Assembly (NCBI GenBank): GCA_937991435.1
Contig: CALKPY010000023.1
Span: 1,434-65,433 of the forward strand
Reading direction: 5' to 3'
Length of the DNA: 64,000 bases
Source of the DNA: an uncultured Acidimicrobiales bacterium
GTDB taxonomy: Bacteria; Actinomycetota; Acidimicrobiia; Acidimicrobiales; UBA10347
In this document: piece after piece, positions 10,141 to 20,387 of the stretch
Layout of the letters: each line of letters begins with the position of its first letter
Position numbering within the stretch: the first letter of the stretch is position 1
Translations under genes and position numbers: made by a program
Notes under the pieces: generated by a model
Databases searched by the model: none
The model's input: only the letters and a program-made list of their open reading frames with translations
What the model was told of the DNA's origin: nothing

Positions 10141-11112
10141 TCAGGTCGAGCGCTTCCATGAGCGCCATGCCTCGATCAGCATGTCGGAATCTTTGAACTT
10201 CGGCTCCCAGCCCAGTTCATCTTTCGCCTTGTGCATGGTCAGCACGCACTGCTCATCAGCAATCAGATACTGCTCAGGGTCGAGCAACGGCTTGTTCATG
10301 CGGTCAAGCACGTCAAGCGTTGCCTTGACAGCGCCAGCCGGCGTAGGAATCAGGAACGACCGGCTTGAGGCCTCGTTAATGAGGTCCTTGAGTAACTCCC
10401 GAACCGTCGGAGGATTGATGGATCCAACATTGAACACCGTGTTCGGGCATCCTTTGTCGACCGCAGCCAGACTGATGTCGACACAGTCCTGCACCGCGAT
10501 GAACTGATAGTGATTGCGGCCGTTGCCGATCAACGGCACTGGCAGATTCATGTCGATCAGTTTGAAAAGCGTGCCGAGAATTCCGACTCGCCCTTCGCCG
10601 ATGATTAGACGAGGACGGAACAACGTGATGTTGAACCCAAGATCGCGATACCGCTCGCACAACAACTCAGTCTCGTACTTCGCCTGGCCATATGGTCCCA
10701 GCGGCGCACGGGGGTGATCCTCGGTGCGCGGGTTCTCGAGCGTATGGCCGTAGACCATGTCGGTCGTGAAGTAGATCATGCGACGACATTGTGTGTTCTG
10801 GTGCAAATGCTCGAGCACCGTCTCGGTTCCGACGAACAAATGACTGTGGAAGTGATCATGGCGCTCAGCTCGCGGCAAGATCGGCATGAGCAACTTCGCA
10901 GCCATGTGATACACGATGTCGTCAGCGCCGAAATCAACGGCCGCCAACGCAGCTGCGTCGCGAATATCGATTTGATGAAACTCGACCCCAGGGTTCGGGT
11001 CGGTTGACTCAGGGTTGATGTCGAGAACAACAACCTGCTCCCCTCGATCCGTCAACGTGCGCGCCAAACGGGTCCCCAAGAAACCGTTCCCGCCGGTAAT
11101 GATGTGCTTCAC
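10141..11112 (-). CDS. NAD-dependent epimerase/dehydratase (extended SDR)
   Basis: ITGGNGFLG Rossmann motif, YGQAK (YxxxK) and FNVGS. Confidence 0.9.
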   Translation of the reverse strand: MKHIITGGNGFLGTRLARTLTDRGEQVVVLDINPESTDPNPGVEFHQIDIRDAAALAAVDFGADDIVYHMAAKLLMPILPRAERHDHFHSHLFVGTETVLEHLHQNTQCRRMIYFTTDMVYGHTLENPRTEDHPRAPLGPYGQAKYETELLCERYRDLGFNITLFRPRLIIGEGRVGILGTLFKLIDMNLPVPLIGNGRNHYQFIAVQDCVDISLAAVDKGCPNTVFNVGSINPPTVRELLKDLINEASSRSFLIPTPAGAVKATLDVLDRMNKPLLDPEQYLIADEQCVLTMHKAKDELGWEPKFKDSDMLIEAWRSWKRST

Positions 11113-11202
11113 CTTTGCGCCCCGATCAAGATTCGCTTTGCAACCCGCCGAATATACAAGTGCCCGGCTCGATCACAGGTGTCAATCAGTAGCATTGGCA
11201 CT

Positions 11203-12078
11203 ATGGCGCTCAGCGATCCGGTATCTGAGCTGCGACCAGTTGGGGTCTATCCCAGTCTCGGTGCGTACCTGAGAAACACCTGGTCACGGCGAGTGTTCAT
11301 CTTGCGCTTGGCTCAGTCGCGAATCAAGGCGGGGCAAGCTCACACCTACCTCGGACGCCTCTGGCTATTCATCGAGCCTGCCGTGTTTATTGCCATATTC
11401 ACCCTGTTCATCGGGTTTGGCCTGCGCGGTGATCGCGGGGTCGACGGTTTCGTCAGCTTCCTCGCCATAGGCCAGGCAATATTCAGCCACAGTTCCCGAG
11501 CCATCCAAGACGGCTCGACAGCCACGATCACCCATCGCGGTCTTATGGAATCGCTCAGTTTTCCAAGATTCAGCCTTGTTATTGCTGACGTTCTCGGTTC
11601 GATGATTGCACTCGGCCCGGGTCTCCTCGTTGCTGTCGGTGCCATGCTGATCGACGGACACTTTCCCGCCTGGCGTTGGCTCGTGTTCGTGCCAGTACTG
11701 ATCTTGCAGATCGTGTTTAACGTAGGCACGGCGTCAATCGCCGCTCGGCTCGGGTCGATGTACCCCGACTTCCCTGCCGCACTCGCTCAAGTGTTCCGGT
11801 TTCTCATGTTTGCGTCGATGGTGTTGTTTACGCCCGACATGTTTCTCGGCCGTGGTCGCGTCGGCGACCTCATTCTCGAGATCTTGATCTACAACCCGCT
11901 GTACTGCTTGATCTATCTGGCCCGTTGGTCGCTGACGGGCATCGAGCTCATTGACCCTGGTGAAATGGTAATATCAGCGTTGGTTTGGTCCTTCGGCACG
12001 TTCCTACTTGGCATCATCTGGTTCTACAAGGGCGAACACACCTACGGACCCGTCGCACGGCAGCGCCACGGATCGTGA
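11203..12078 (+). CDS. wzm: Polysaccharide ABC exporter permease (Wzm/TagG-like)
   Basis: YLGRLWLFIEP, FPR and YNPLY, with six TM segments. ATG 11203 lies 7 nt after TAGCAT. Confidence 0.85.
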   Translation: MALSDPVSELRPVGVYPSLGAYLRNTWSRRVFILRLAQSRIKAGQAHTYLGRLWLFIEPAVFIAIFTLFIGFGLRGDRGVDGFVSFLAIGQAIFSHSSRAIQDGSTATITHRGLMESLSFPRFSLVIADVLGSMIALGPGLLVAVGAMLIDGHFPAWRWLVFVPVLILQIVFNVGTASIAARLGSMYPDFPAALAQVFRFLMFASMVLFTPDMFLGRGRVGDLILEILIYNPLYCLIYLARWSLTGIELIDPGEMVISALVWSFGTFLLGIIWFYKGEHTYGPVARQRHGS

Positions 12079-12932
12079 CCGACTCCATGCAGCCAATCGA
12101 GGTAACCAACGAAGTCGCCATTGCGCTACGCAATGTCAACCTCGACTTCGAGGTCGTGGCCCGCGATCACGGCACCAACCGCGCTCAGACGCTAATTGTG
12201 ACCGGGCTAAAAGATATCAACCTCACGATCCAGACCGGCGAGATCGTTGGAGTCGTAGGTTTCAACGGAGCCGGCAAGACGACCCTGGTGCGAACCATGG
12301 CCGGCATCTACAGTCCGACGAGCGGCACCGTGCTCGTGCGTGCCGAACCCCGGGTTCTGGGTGCCCGCGGAGCGCTCAAACCGCGGCTGACGGGGCGAGA
12401 GAACATTGCGCTCGGCTGTCTGGCGCTGGGCGCCACCCGTGACGAACTCGAAGCGTACGAATCAGAGATCGTCGAGTTCGCTGAACTCGGCGAATTCATC
12501 GACCTGCCAATGGAGACCTATTCCTCGGGCATGACGGCCCGACTGCTGTTCGGTATTCACACGACTGCGGAGCCCGAAATTCTGTTGCTCGACGAAGCGC
12601 TCGCAGTTGGCGACCACAAGTTCGTGGAACGCAGCCACGCTCGAATGGCACGAATGCGCGAACACACGGGCGCTGTCGTCATGGTCAGCCACGCGCTGCC
12701 AATGATTCGCAATACCTGCTCGCGAGTCGTCTGGGTCGACAACGCCATGATTCGTGCCGACGGCGACCCAGACGCGGTCCTCGACGCTTTTCGAGCCGCT
12801 CGGGAGCAACGACAAAGGCGTGTTCGCTCAGGACAAGGCCTTGACGACCAACAGACCATCCGCCACGCGGGCGAACGCGGTCGCCGCGAAAACGGCAAGC
12901 CGACATTCTGGTCAAGACGGCGCCGAAGCTAG
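12075..12932 (+). CDS. wzt: Polysaccharide ABC exporter ATPase (Wzt/TagH-like)
   Basis: Walker A GFNGAGKTT, YSSGM signature, LLLDEALAVGD and VSH. GTGA overlap with wzm. Confidence 0.9.
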   Translation: MTDSMQPIEVTNEVAIALRNVNLDFEVVARDHGTNRAQTLIVTGLKDINLTIQTGEIVGVVGFNGAGKTTLVRTMAGIYSPTSGTVLVRAEPRVLGARGALKPRLTGRENIALGCLALGATRDELEAYESEIVEFAELGEFIDLPMETYSSGMTARLLFGIHTTAEPEILLLDEALAVGDHKFVERSHARMARMREHTGAVVMVSHALPMIRNTCSRVVWVDNAMIRADGDPDAVLDAFRAAREQRQRRVRSGQGLDDQQTIRHAGERGRRENGKPTFWSRRRRS

Positions 12933-12957
12933 AGCCGAGCTAGTAGCCGCAGCTTGA

Positions 12958-14616
12958 CTACGGAATCGCAATCAAGGTTTCGCACGATCCGTCGGTCGTA
13001 TCAAAACCGCCTATGCCGTCGCACACGTCGGTGCCCGCATCGCCGTTGACGACATCGTTGTCGGGACCGCCCCACAACGAATCGTCATCGGGGCCGCCCC
13101 AGACCTGATCGGTACCCGCTGCTGCATAGATGTTGTCATTGCCGAAGCTGCCAAACAGCTGATCAGCTCCAAGTCCACCGTAAATGAGATCGTCACCGGC
13201 ACCACCATCGACATTGTCGTCGCCGGTCCCGGCATAAAGTTGGTCGTCTCCGCCATCACCAATGATTGCGTCGTTGCCGTCAAGGCCATGAATGACATCG
13301 TTCTCGCTTCCGCCATTCAACGTGTCGTTGCCAGGCCCACCGAACAGCACATCGCTGCCTGATTCGCCCCACGCCATGTCATCGCCGTCCATCGCGTAGA
13401 TTTCATCATCGCCGAAACCACCGCTTATCGTGTCGTTTCCCGTGCCGCCCCAGAGTTTGTCGTTGTCTTCGAGACCAGCGACAACGTCGTTGCCAGATCC
13501 TCCATAGAGACGATCGTCTCCAAAGCCACCGAACAGTTGGTCGTCGCCATCAAGCCCGAAGATCCGGTCGTTGCCGGCATCGCCTTGCACACTGTCATTG
13601 CCGGGACCAGACCACATCACATCGTCGCCGGAGCCGAGTGTGACAATATCGTCGCCTCCCGCGGCGCAGACCGTGTCATCACCATCGCCTGAGTTGATGA
13701 TGTCGTTGTACGGCGTGCCAACAATTCGATCGTTGCCCACGGTAGGGATTTCACCGAGTCCAAAATCGACCGTGGCTGCTGCTCCGCCGCAAAACAAAGG
13801 ACCGGCGGCGTTGATGATCATCTGTCTGAAGAATCGCACATCGAGAAACTTGCTCGGCGTGCCGTCAAGACACATGTTGTTGAACACCTCGGCGGTGATG
13901 GCCGCCTGCTTCAGCCGCCCGTCAGCGCCCACAATCATCAGAGGCCCACCGCTGTCGCCATGACAAATGTCTGACGTAATGCCGCCCCCGCAGAAATGTC
14001 GATCCGGGTAGTACGCCGAACCCCAAACAGAGTTGCAGTACGAATCGCTCTCAACAACGATCGTTGTCTGTTGCAGTGTGGCGGCTGGAGGCGCCGAGTC
14101 GCTGGTTTTGCCCCAACCGAGAAGAAGCGTCTGGCTCGCACTCGCAATTTCCGCGTCGGTAGCCAGCTGCACGAGCCCTACGTTCGCATCGAGCGTGACA
14201 TTGGCATCGAGATGCAAAATCACGGCATCACGAATGCGGTCCACATTGGATCCTGGCAGGTGGGTATAGCCGGTGAATCCCACCGTATTGCCACCGAACT
14301 GGCCGGTAGTTCCGTAGCGGATCACCCAGTTCGCAAGGCCCGGCATTTCAGTGCCATTGAGCATCATGATGCAATGACGGGCGGTCATCACCTTGTTCGG
14401 GCGAATGAGGGTGCCCGAACATTCGTGGGTGCCATCTGCATGTTCGAGTTGCACCATGAACGGATACGCCGTTGGGTCGGTGACAGACACGCCATTGACA
14501 ACCGCATCGGCAGGCCCGCCCTCGAACCCAGTTTGGGCGCCAACAGGTGCAGCGGCAAGCAGGGAGCTCACCAGAGCCACGACTACAAACAACACACGAC
14601 TCGACGATCGAAACAT
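12958..14616 (-). CDS. Secreted trypsin-like (S1) serine protease with RTX/hemolysin-type Ca-binding repeats
   Basis: Signal peptide ending VGA-Q, TARHC, RDAVIL, DICHGDSGGP, then more than 20 GGxGxD nonapeptides. GAGGGAG RBS before ATG 14616. Confidence 0.9.
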   Translation of the reverse strand: MFRSSSRVLFVVVALVSSLLAAAPVGAQTGFEGGPADAVVNGVSVTDPTAYPFMVQLEHADGTHECSGTLIRPNKVMTARHCIMMLNGTEMPGLANWVIRYGTTGQFGGNTVGFTGYTHLPGSNVDRIRDAVILHLDANVTLDANVGLVQLATDAEIASASQTLLLGWGKTSDSAPPAATLQQTTIVVESDSYCNSVWGSAYYPDRHFCGGGITSDICHGDSGGPLMIVGADGRLKQAAITAEVFNNMCLDGTPSKFLDVRFFRQMIINAAGPLFCGGAAATVDFGLGEIPTVGNDRIVGTPYNDIINSGDGDDTVCAAGGDDIVTLGSGDDVMWSGPGNDSVQGDAGNDRIFGLDGDDQLFGGFGDDRLYGGSGNDVVAGLEDNDKLWGGTGNDTISGGFGDDEIYAMDGDDMAWGESGSDVLFGGPGNDTLNGGSENDVIHGLDGNDAIIGDGGDDQLYAGTGDDNVDGGAGDDLIYGGLGADQLFGSFGNDNIYAAAGTDQVWGGPDDDSLWGGPDNDVVNGDAGTDVCDGIGGFDTTDGSCETLIAIP

Positions 14617-14787
14617 GACGTACTCCCTCAACTGTGAGCGCGATGTTGCGCGCCTCACCATCTGCACAGACGATACTCAGCTGTCCAATGGTATGTCATG
14701 GTTGCGACCATTGGTCGTCAGGCGTCACTCATTCCCTAGCGTCACCAGGGCGTCACGGAGACCGCTCAGACCCCAGAGCCCACCGCA

Positions 14788-16614
14788 TCAATCTTCGAAC
14801 AGGTGCTGCCAGAACGTGCGCCATCCAATGGTTTGCTGGCGCTGCTCGATATAGCTGTCAATCGGACCAACACGCTGCAACAGTGGCCGGAACTGGGACC
14901 AGAGCTTGCGTTCGATCTCGCGGTCGCGTTCGTGCAACCACGCAATCGCGTTGTGTTCTTCAACAACGGTGTAGCGATCGGCAGCCGCAGCTCGATGCGG
15001 TTGTATGTCTGCGGCGCGAAACACGGGTCCGCCGATTCGGTCGCCTGACGGCTGCAGCTGCCTGCGAGCGACGTGGGCCCCGAGAGCGAACTTCCCCAAC
15101 CGTCGTTCACCTTCGTCGAGCACCTTGTAGCCGACGCGTCGAATGTCACCGGCCTTGGCTAGGCGCTCGGCCTTCGAGGCAATAATGCCGGGAACTTCGA
15201 CCTGTGTCGGACCGAGTTCAGTTACGACTTTCCGAGCGCGCTGTAGCGCTTCGTTGTCGGTCTGCAGGCAGACTTCTGGCCCGGCCAAATAGTCGCTGAT
15301 CGCGTCGATCATGAGTTGAGCCGAGTGATACCGCGACATTGAAATATCTCGGGTGAAAACGGCGAGCAGGTCGCGACGAATCGCTGACCAGGAACCAGCG
15401 TCATGCAGGGTGGCCGCTGCGAGTCTGTTGCGCACTTCGAAAAACAACTGCCAGCTGCCGAGCTTGAGATAGAACGGTTCGTGCCAGACCGCAATACCGG
15501 GCACAGGTATCGTGCGCCAGCCGTTGCGCTTGAGGCGCATACCGAACTCGATGTCGTCACCCCGAATAAAGCACGGCATCGGGAAGCCGACCTCGTCGAG
15601 CACGCGCTTGGGCGCTCCAAAGAACCACCAACCGTTGTACTCCACCGAACCTGGGCGCAAAAGCGCCGACAACCCAGCTTCGTCTCCGATGAACTCGTCG
15701 TTGATCAGCGGTTGAGGTTGCAATGTCTCGGCGTCGAGTTCTGCGCCCGCTTCGAACAGGAAGTTCGGTCGATGCAGGTTGAGCATGTGTCCACCGACGA
15801 CGACATCGTCGTACGCGTAGGACAAAAAGGTCGAGGTACGAAGGAGCGAGTCGGGGTGCACACGACTGTCGTCGTCTAGCAGAACGAAGTGCGTGAGGTC
15901 ATCGTCACGCCACGTTTCATACATGCCTCGCGTGAAACCGCCACAGCCACCCATATTTGGTTGCTCGATCAAGTGCACAATCGACTCGAGGTTTGAGCCT
16001 GGGCCGCCGAGAATCTCCTCGGATGTAAACGAGTCTCCCTGGTTGACAATGAACAGCTTCGACAAGCTCGCTACTGCGCCAGGGTGTGCTGCGAGCGCTT
16101 TGAGAATGCGTTGCAAGTACTGCTGACGGTTAAACGTGCAGAACACCGCGGCAAGCGAGACGGCGCGTGCAGGCTCTTCGTTTGTGAACCAGCCGCCGTC
16201 GCTCAGCTCCACGTCAGTGGTCGCGAGAATCGTGAACCAGACCCGTCCAGCCTCTACCCGGAGCTCGTCTTCGTCGTCGAGCTCGAACTCGACGATTCCA
16301 TCAACCGGGCTCAGACGATCGAGCAAATATACGTCGCGGTGCGGCGTCTGCCTGTGGATCGACACGACGCAATCGCCTTCGAGACGTAGCCGCAGATGTG
16401 CTGAGCTCAGGTGCGTGTACTGAAACCAGTAGTTCTCAAAGAAGGAATTGAAATAGCTGTCGAATGAAACCGACGTGCCTGCTGGAATGTGCAACCGGTC
16501 GCCATCCCGGCTCGGGAATCGATCGATCGACGTCTCATCGGCCTTGATTACATTGAAGTAGAGCCGTTCGACTTCTGGTCGACAGTCAAGGTCGAGGGTC
16601 TGAAGCAGGTTCAT
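14788..16614 (-). CDS. Galactofuranosyltransferase GlfT2-like (GT2)
   Basis: SYFNSF N-terminal domain, CTFNR, QPNMGGCGGFTRGM, LLDDD, YNGWWFF, FIRGDDIEFG and VWHEPF. Confidence 0.85.
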   Translation of the reverse strand: MNLLQTLDLDCRPEVERLYFNVIKADETSIDRFPSRDGDRLHIPAGTSVSFDSYFNSFFENYWFQYTHLSSAHLRLRLEGDCVVSIHRQTPHRDVYLLDRLSPVDGIVEFELDDEDELRVEAGRVWFTILATTDVELSDGGWFTNEEPARAVSLAAVFCTFNRQQYLQRILKALAAHPGAVASLSKLFIVNQGDSFTSEEILGGPGSNLESIVHLIEQPNMGGCGGFTRGMYETWRDDDLTHFVLLDDDSRVHPDSLLRTSTFLSYAYDDVVVGGHMLNLHRPNFLFEAGAELDAETLQPQPLINDEFIGDEAGLSALLRPGSVEYNGWWFFGAPKRVLDEVGFPMPCFIRGDDIEFGMRLKRNGWRTIPVPGIAVWHEPFYLKLGSWQLFFEVRNRLAAATLHDAGSWSAIRRDLLAVFTRDISMSRYHSAQLMIDAISDYLAGPEVCLQTDNEALQRARKVVTELGPTQVEVPGIIASKAERLAKAGDIRRVGYKVLDEGERRLGKFALGAHVARRQLQPSGDRIGGPVFRAADIQPHRAAAADRYTVVEEHNAIAWLHERDREIERKLWSQFRPLLQRVGPIDSYIEQRQQTIGWRTFWQHLFED

Positions 16615-16689
16615 CAGTTGTCACCGTGTAGTCATCGTGCGCAGCCCAGCAACGCTATCGAGCGCCACGGCGACCCCGGCCGACCGGCG

Positions 16690-18315
16690 TCACGGACAAT
16701 CGAAGAGCTGGTCGCCGATCTGGCCACCGCCGACACAAACGTCGACTCCGGCGCGACCGTCGAGCCGATCGTTGCCGAGATCACCATTGAGCTGGTCCGC
16801 GCCGTCTCCGCCGAACAGGACGTCATCGCCATCTCCACCCGACAACACGTCAGGGCCACCGAAACCGTAGAGGAAGTCGTTGCCCGGGCCGCCTGAGAGC
16901 TGATCGCCCCCGCTGCCGCCCCACAACCGGTCGAGACCGAACGAACCAGCAACGACGTCGTTGCCTGCGCCGCCGAACAACCAATCGTCACCCGCGCCGC
17001 CATCGAGCATGTCATCGCCGTCGATTCCGAACAGCCGATCTGACCCAGCGGAACCAGTCAGAACATCGTTGCCGGGGCCGCCGAAGACGGTGTCATCACC
17101 AGCACCACCATCGATCGTGTCAAGTTGATTCATGCCGTACAAGAAATCATCGCCATCCCCACCGAAGATGAGATCGAGGCCGTCTCCGCCCCAGATTTTG
17201 TCGATACCCAATCCTCCGGAAACGGTGTCGGAACCGGGGCCGGCGAACAGACTGTCGTCTCCGGCGCCGCCATTGAGAACGTCATTGCCCGGACCTCCAC
17301 ACACCAGGTCATCGCCAGGGCTCGCCGGCACCAGGTCGCTGTTCGGAGTTCCAGAAATCACATCGTTCCCCGGGGTCGGCGACATTCCAAGCCCAATGTC
17401 GACGGTGGCGACTTGGCCAACACACGACTTCTTGGGCAGCGCGTCGAAGTACCACTGGCGAAAGCGGGGCGCTTCGGCATAGACCGCCGGGACAACACCG
17501 CACGTGTAGGCCCAGCTTGTTACCCCAGCTATTCGCTGGCCGTTCGGGGTGTTAATCACGAGCGCTCCGCCGCTGTCGCCGCTGCAGGCACCAATTGGCG
17601 TTCCGTAGCTAGGCACTGTGTTGATAGCTGGGCCCGCACACACCTCTCGATCTGGACGGTGGAGCTGCCCAGCGCCACCACTCACGAACAGATTCGTACA
17701 AGCTGTGTCGCTATAGATGCTCACAGGGACTTGCTTGAGGCCCACAGTCGACAGACCCTGATTGGGACCGGTGACTCCCCATCCCGTGGTAAATCCATTC
17801 GTCGCCGCGGCAACTTCGGCTGGGGTGGCGATACCGATCGTGCGCACGCTGTTCGAAAGCGGAACAGGTGACCCAAGGAACAGCAATGCAACATCCCATG
17901 CGCCGCCACCGGGCGGCGATGCGGTGTCGTAGGCCGGGTGCAACTTGGCGTTGACTACGACGCGGGTATGTCCGCCGGGTTGATTCAGTGGGTCGCGGTT
18001 GCCCGCAAACACGACAAAATCGGCGATGTTCTTTCCGTCAACACAGTGTCCTGCGGTGAGAACAACATCGGGTCTGATGAGCGAACCGCCGCACAACGTG
18101 CCCTGAGCACCAGGGGGAAGATGGGCGACCATGACTTGATACGGCGCTGCGTTGATTGCAATCGCTGATCCGCCCGCAATGTTGTTGGTCGGCCCCTCTA
18201 CTGGGGCGAAAGGGTCGCCCGCCTGAGCAACCGCTGTACCGGGAGATGCAATACACATCCCTAGCGCGATTACAGCAACTGCCAGCCTTCTCATCATCTT
18301 TGGGGTGCCTCTCAA
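16690..18315 (-). CDS. Second secreted S1 serine protease with RTX repeats
   Basis: Signal peptide ending AVA-Q, IAGG N-terminus, LCGGSLI, TAGHC, DVALL, GACSGDSGG and GGxGxD repeats. Confidence 0.9.
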   Translation of the reverse strand: MRGTPKMMRRLAVAVIALGMCIASPGTAVAQAGDPFAPVEGPTNNIAGGSAIAINAAPYQVMVAHLPPGAQGTLCGGSLIRPDVVLTAGHCVDGKNIADFVVFAGNRDPLNQPGGHTRVVVNAKLHPAYDTASPPGGGAWDVALLFLGSPVPLSNSVRTIGIATPAEVAAATNGFTTGWGVTGPNQGLSTVGLKQVPVSIYSDTACTNLFVSGGAGQLHRPDREVCAGPAINTVPSYGTPIGACSGDSGGALVINTPNGQRIAGVTSWAYTCGVVPAVYAEAPRFRQWYFDALPKKSCVGQVATVDIGLGMSPTPGNDVISGTPNSDLVPASPGDDLVCGGPGNDVLNGGAGDDSLFAGPGSDTVSGGLGIDKIWGGDGLDLIFGGDGDDFLYGMNQLDTIDGGAGDDTVFGGPGNDVLTGSAGSDRLFGIDGDDMLDGGAGDDWLFGGAGNDVVAGSFGLDRLWGGSGGDQLSGGPGNDFLYGFGGPDVLSGGDGDDVLFGGDGADQLNGDLGNDRLDGRAGVDVCVGGGQIGDQLFDCP

Positions 18316-18373
18316 GCGCGTGTGACCTGCACCGTAGTCACCGGTCGTCGCACGGGCACTTCACCAAACCGAA

Positions 18374-19444
18374 TTAGGCATCGAAAGAGGTCACCGGCGC
18401 CGTCGACGTGTCTTGTGGCTGTTCATCTGCAGGCTGCGAATCTAAAGCTCTGAGCTGACGCCGCAACCGGCGCACTTTGGCTTGCTGTGCGGTGAAATCG
18501 AGCCATAGCGATGCCAGAGCCTCCGCGGACAAATCAAGTGCTTGTTCGTGTAGCTCGGCCGAGGTCTGCAACGGCATTCGTTTCGATTGTGAGGTATTCA
18601 GCGTCACCCCGTACTCGACGCGCAGACGCTTGTTCGAAGCCTCAAAGTGACTCAGCAAATTCGCGCGCACAGCCGAGCTGCATACTGATGAGGTTCGTCC
18701 TATATCAGTCGGTTCCAACCGGTTGATGAAGAACTGCATGCGCCGAAAATCAGGATCGGCCCGGCCGGCCCGGCGAAGCAGCTCACCGCCTGCGGGGCTG
18801 ATCGTTGGGTTCGTGGTCGAATCAGGCGTTAGCAGTGGGGGAAGACCGACTGCTTCGCAGAAATTTTCGACGAGATCACCTTTGCGAAGTTGGTCAAAGT
18901 CAAGAACGGTGATTGCTCCTGTACCAAGGACATCGCTCCATCGATCGAGGATCACCGAGAAGTCTCCGCGAGCGAGAAACGAGCTGTCTTCACACATTTG
19001 CTCAAATGTGCCGGTTATCCCTCGTGGGCCTTCTTTAAGCCACTGCAGATAGAGCGATTCCAAAAAGTCCGGCTGATCACGAACCACCATGACGACTTCG
19101 ATATTCGCGAGGTCTTGGAACTGCCCAAAAAACTCGGGGATAACGCTCGATGGATAGCTGAGCTCCTCCTCGGACAACACCACCATCTGGGTGTTTGGAT
19201 CGATCAGCTCGGAACGCAGTTGTGCCGCCAGCCTCGTGCGGCGATGCTTGGCATGTCTTGGGGTGTTTGTGCCATCGTCGACGAGGTGATCGAACAGATG
19301 GAGATGCTTTTGGAACTTCGGGTTGAGCCCGACCTGCGAATATCGTATGGCCCGGTCCTCAAGCACATCGGCGGCTTGACTCAACGCCACCTGAATGCTC
19401 GTCGTGCCGGTCTTATACGTTCCTATGTGAACCTGCAGCCGCAT
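18374..19444 (-). CDS. Sulfotransferase-like P-loop protein
   Basis: [13 protein letters not shown] (5'-PSB-like), VLSEEEL and [14 protein letters not shown] (3'-PB-like). Confidence 0.7.
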   Translation of the reverse strand: MRLQVHIGTYKTGTTSIQVALSQAADVLEDRAIRYSQVGLNPKFQKHLHLFDHLVDDGTNTPRHAKHRRTRLAAQLRSELIDPNTQMVVLSEEELSYPSSVIPEFFGQFQDLANIEVVMVVRDQPDFLESLYLQWLKEGPRGITGTFEQMCEDSSFLARGDFSVILDRWSDVLGTGAITVLDFDQLRKGDLVENFCEAVGLPPLLTPDSTTNPTISPAGGELLRRAGRADPDFRRMQFFINRLEPTDIGRTSSVCSSAVRANLLSHFEASNKRLRVEYGVTLNTSQSKRMPLQTSAELHEQALDLSAEALASLWLDFTAQQAKVRRLRRQLRALDSQPADEQPQDTSTAPVTSFDA

Positions 19445-19517
19445 ACGTGGATCGCACGGTAGAACGGTTCAGAGCCGATTCAAAGCAGCATCATTTGGGT
19501 TCGGTACCGTTAGCACG

Positions 19518-20387
19518 GTGAAAGGCATCATTCTCGCCGGAGGTACAGGAAGCCGGCTGCATCCGATCACCATCGGTGCATCGAAGCAGCTGCTCCCCGT
19601 GTACGACAAGCCAATGATCTATTACCCGATCTCGGTGCAGATGTTGGCAGGCATCCGCGAGATTCTGATCATCACCACTCCGCACGATCAGAGCGCGTTC
19701 CAACGCCTGCTCGGCGACGGCTCCCAATGGGGTGTGTCGATCGACTATGCCGTACAGGCCTCGCCTGACGGCCTTGCTCAAGCGTTCCTGATCGGGGCCG
19801 ACTTCCTCGACGGGCAAGGGGCGTCGCTCGTACTTGGCGACAACCTGTTCTATGGGGCTGGCCTATCAGATCTCGTAGCCGGCGCGGCAGCCAAACAAGT
19901 CGGGGCAACGGTGTTTGGCTATCACGTCAAGGATCCGGAGCGATACGGCATCGTCGAACTTGACGCACAAGATCGCCCCGTCTCCATCGAGGAGAAACCA
20001 GACAATCCACGAAGCAGCTGGGCTGTGACCGGGTTGTACTTCTTTGACAACAACGTCGTCGAAGCTGCCCAACAGGTCAAACCGTCGCCCCGCGGAGAAC
20101 TCGAAATCACATCGGTCATCGACTGGTACCTGCAACAAGGAACACTTGAAGTAGCCCAGCTCAACCGCGGCTACGCGTGGCTCGATACCGGCACGTTCGA
20201 CTCCATGGTCGAAGCCGCAGAGTTTGTGCGGGTGATTCAACATCGGCAAAACAGCCAGATCGCGTGCCTCGAAGAGATCGCGTGGGAACAAGGGTGGATC
20301 AGCGACGATGACGTCGCCACTATGGGAGCAGCGATGTCCAAAAACAGCTATGGCCAGTATTTACTCAATCTCGTGAGCGACCAATGA
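19518..20387 (+). CDS. rmlA: Glucose-1-phosphate thymidylyltransferase
   Basis: [39 protein letters not shown] and WLDTGT. Confidence 0.97.
   Translation: MKGIILAGGTGSRLHPITIGASKQLLPVYDKPMIYYPISVQMLAGIREILIITTPHDQSAFQRLLGDGSQWGVSIDYAVQASPDGLAQAFLIGADFLDGQGASLVLGDNLFYGAGLSDLVAGAAAKQVGATVFGYHVKDPERYGIVELDAQDRPVSIEEKPDNPRSSWAVTGLYFFDNNVVEAAQQVKPSPRGELEITSVIDWYLQQGTLEVAQLNRGYAWLDTGTFDSMVEAAEFVRVIQHRQNSQIACLEEIAWEQGWISDDDVATMGAAMSKNSYGQYLLNLVSDQ

Noticed and set aside
12990-17380. Periodic repeats that might suggest a CRISPR array or a type I secreted RTX toxin
   Set aside because: They are degenerate 27-nt coding repeats (GGxGxD) with no identical repeats or spacers. The proteins have Sec-type signal peptides and no T1SS genes are present.
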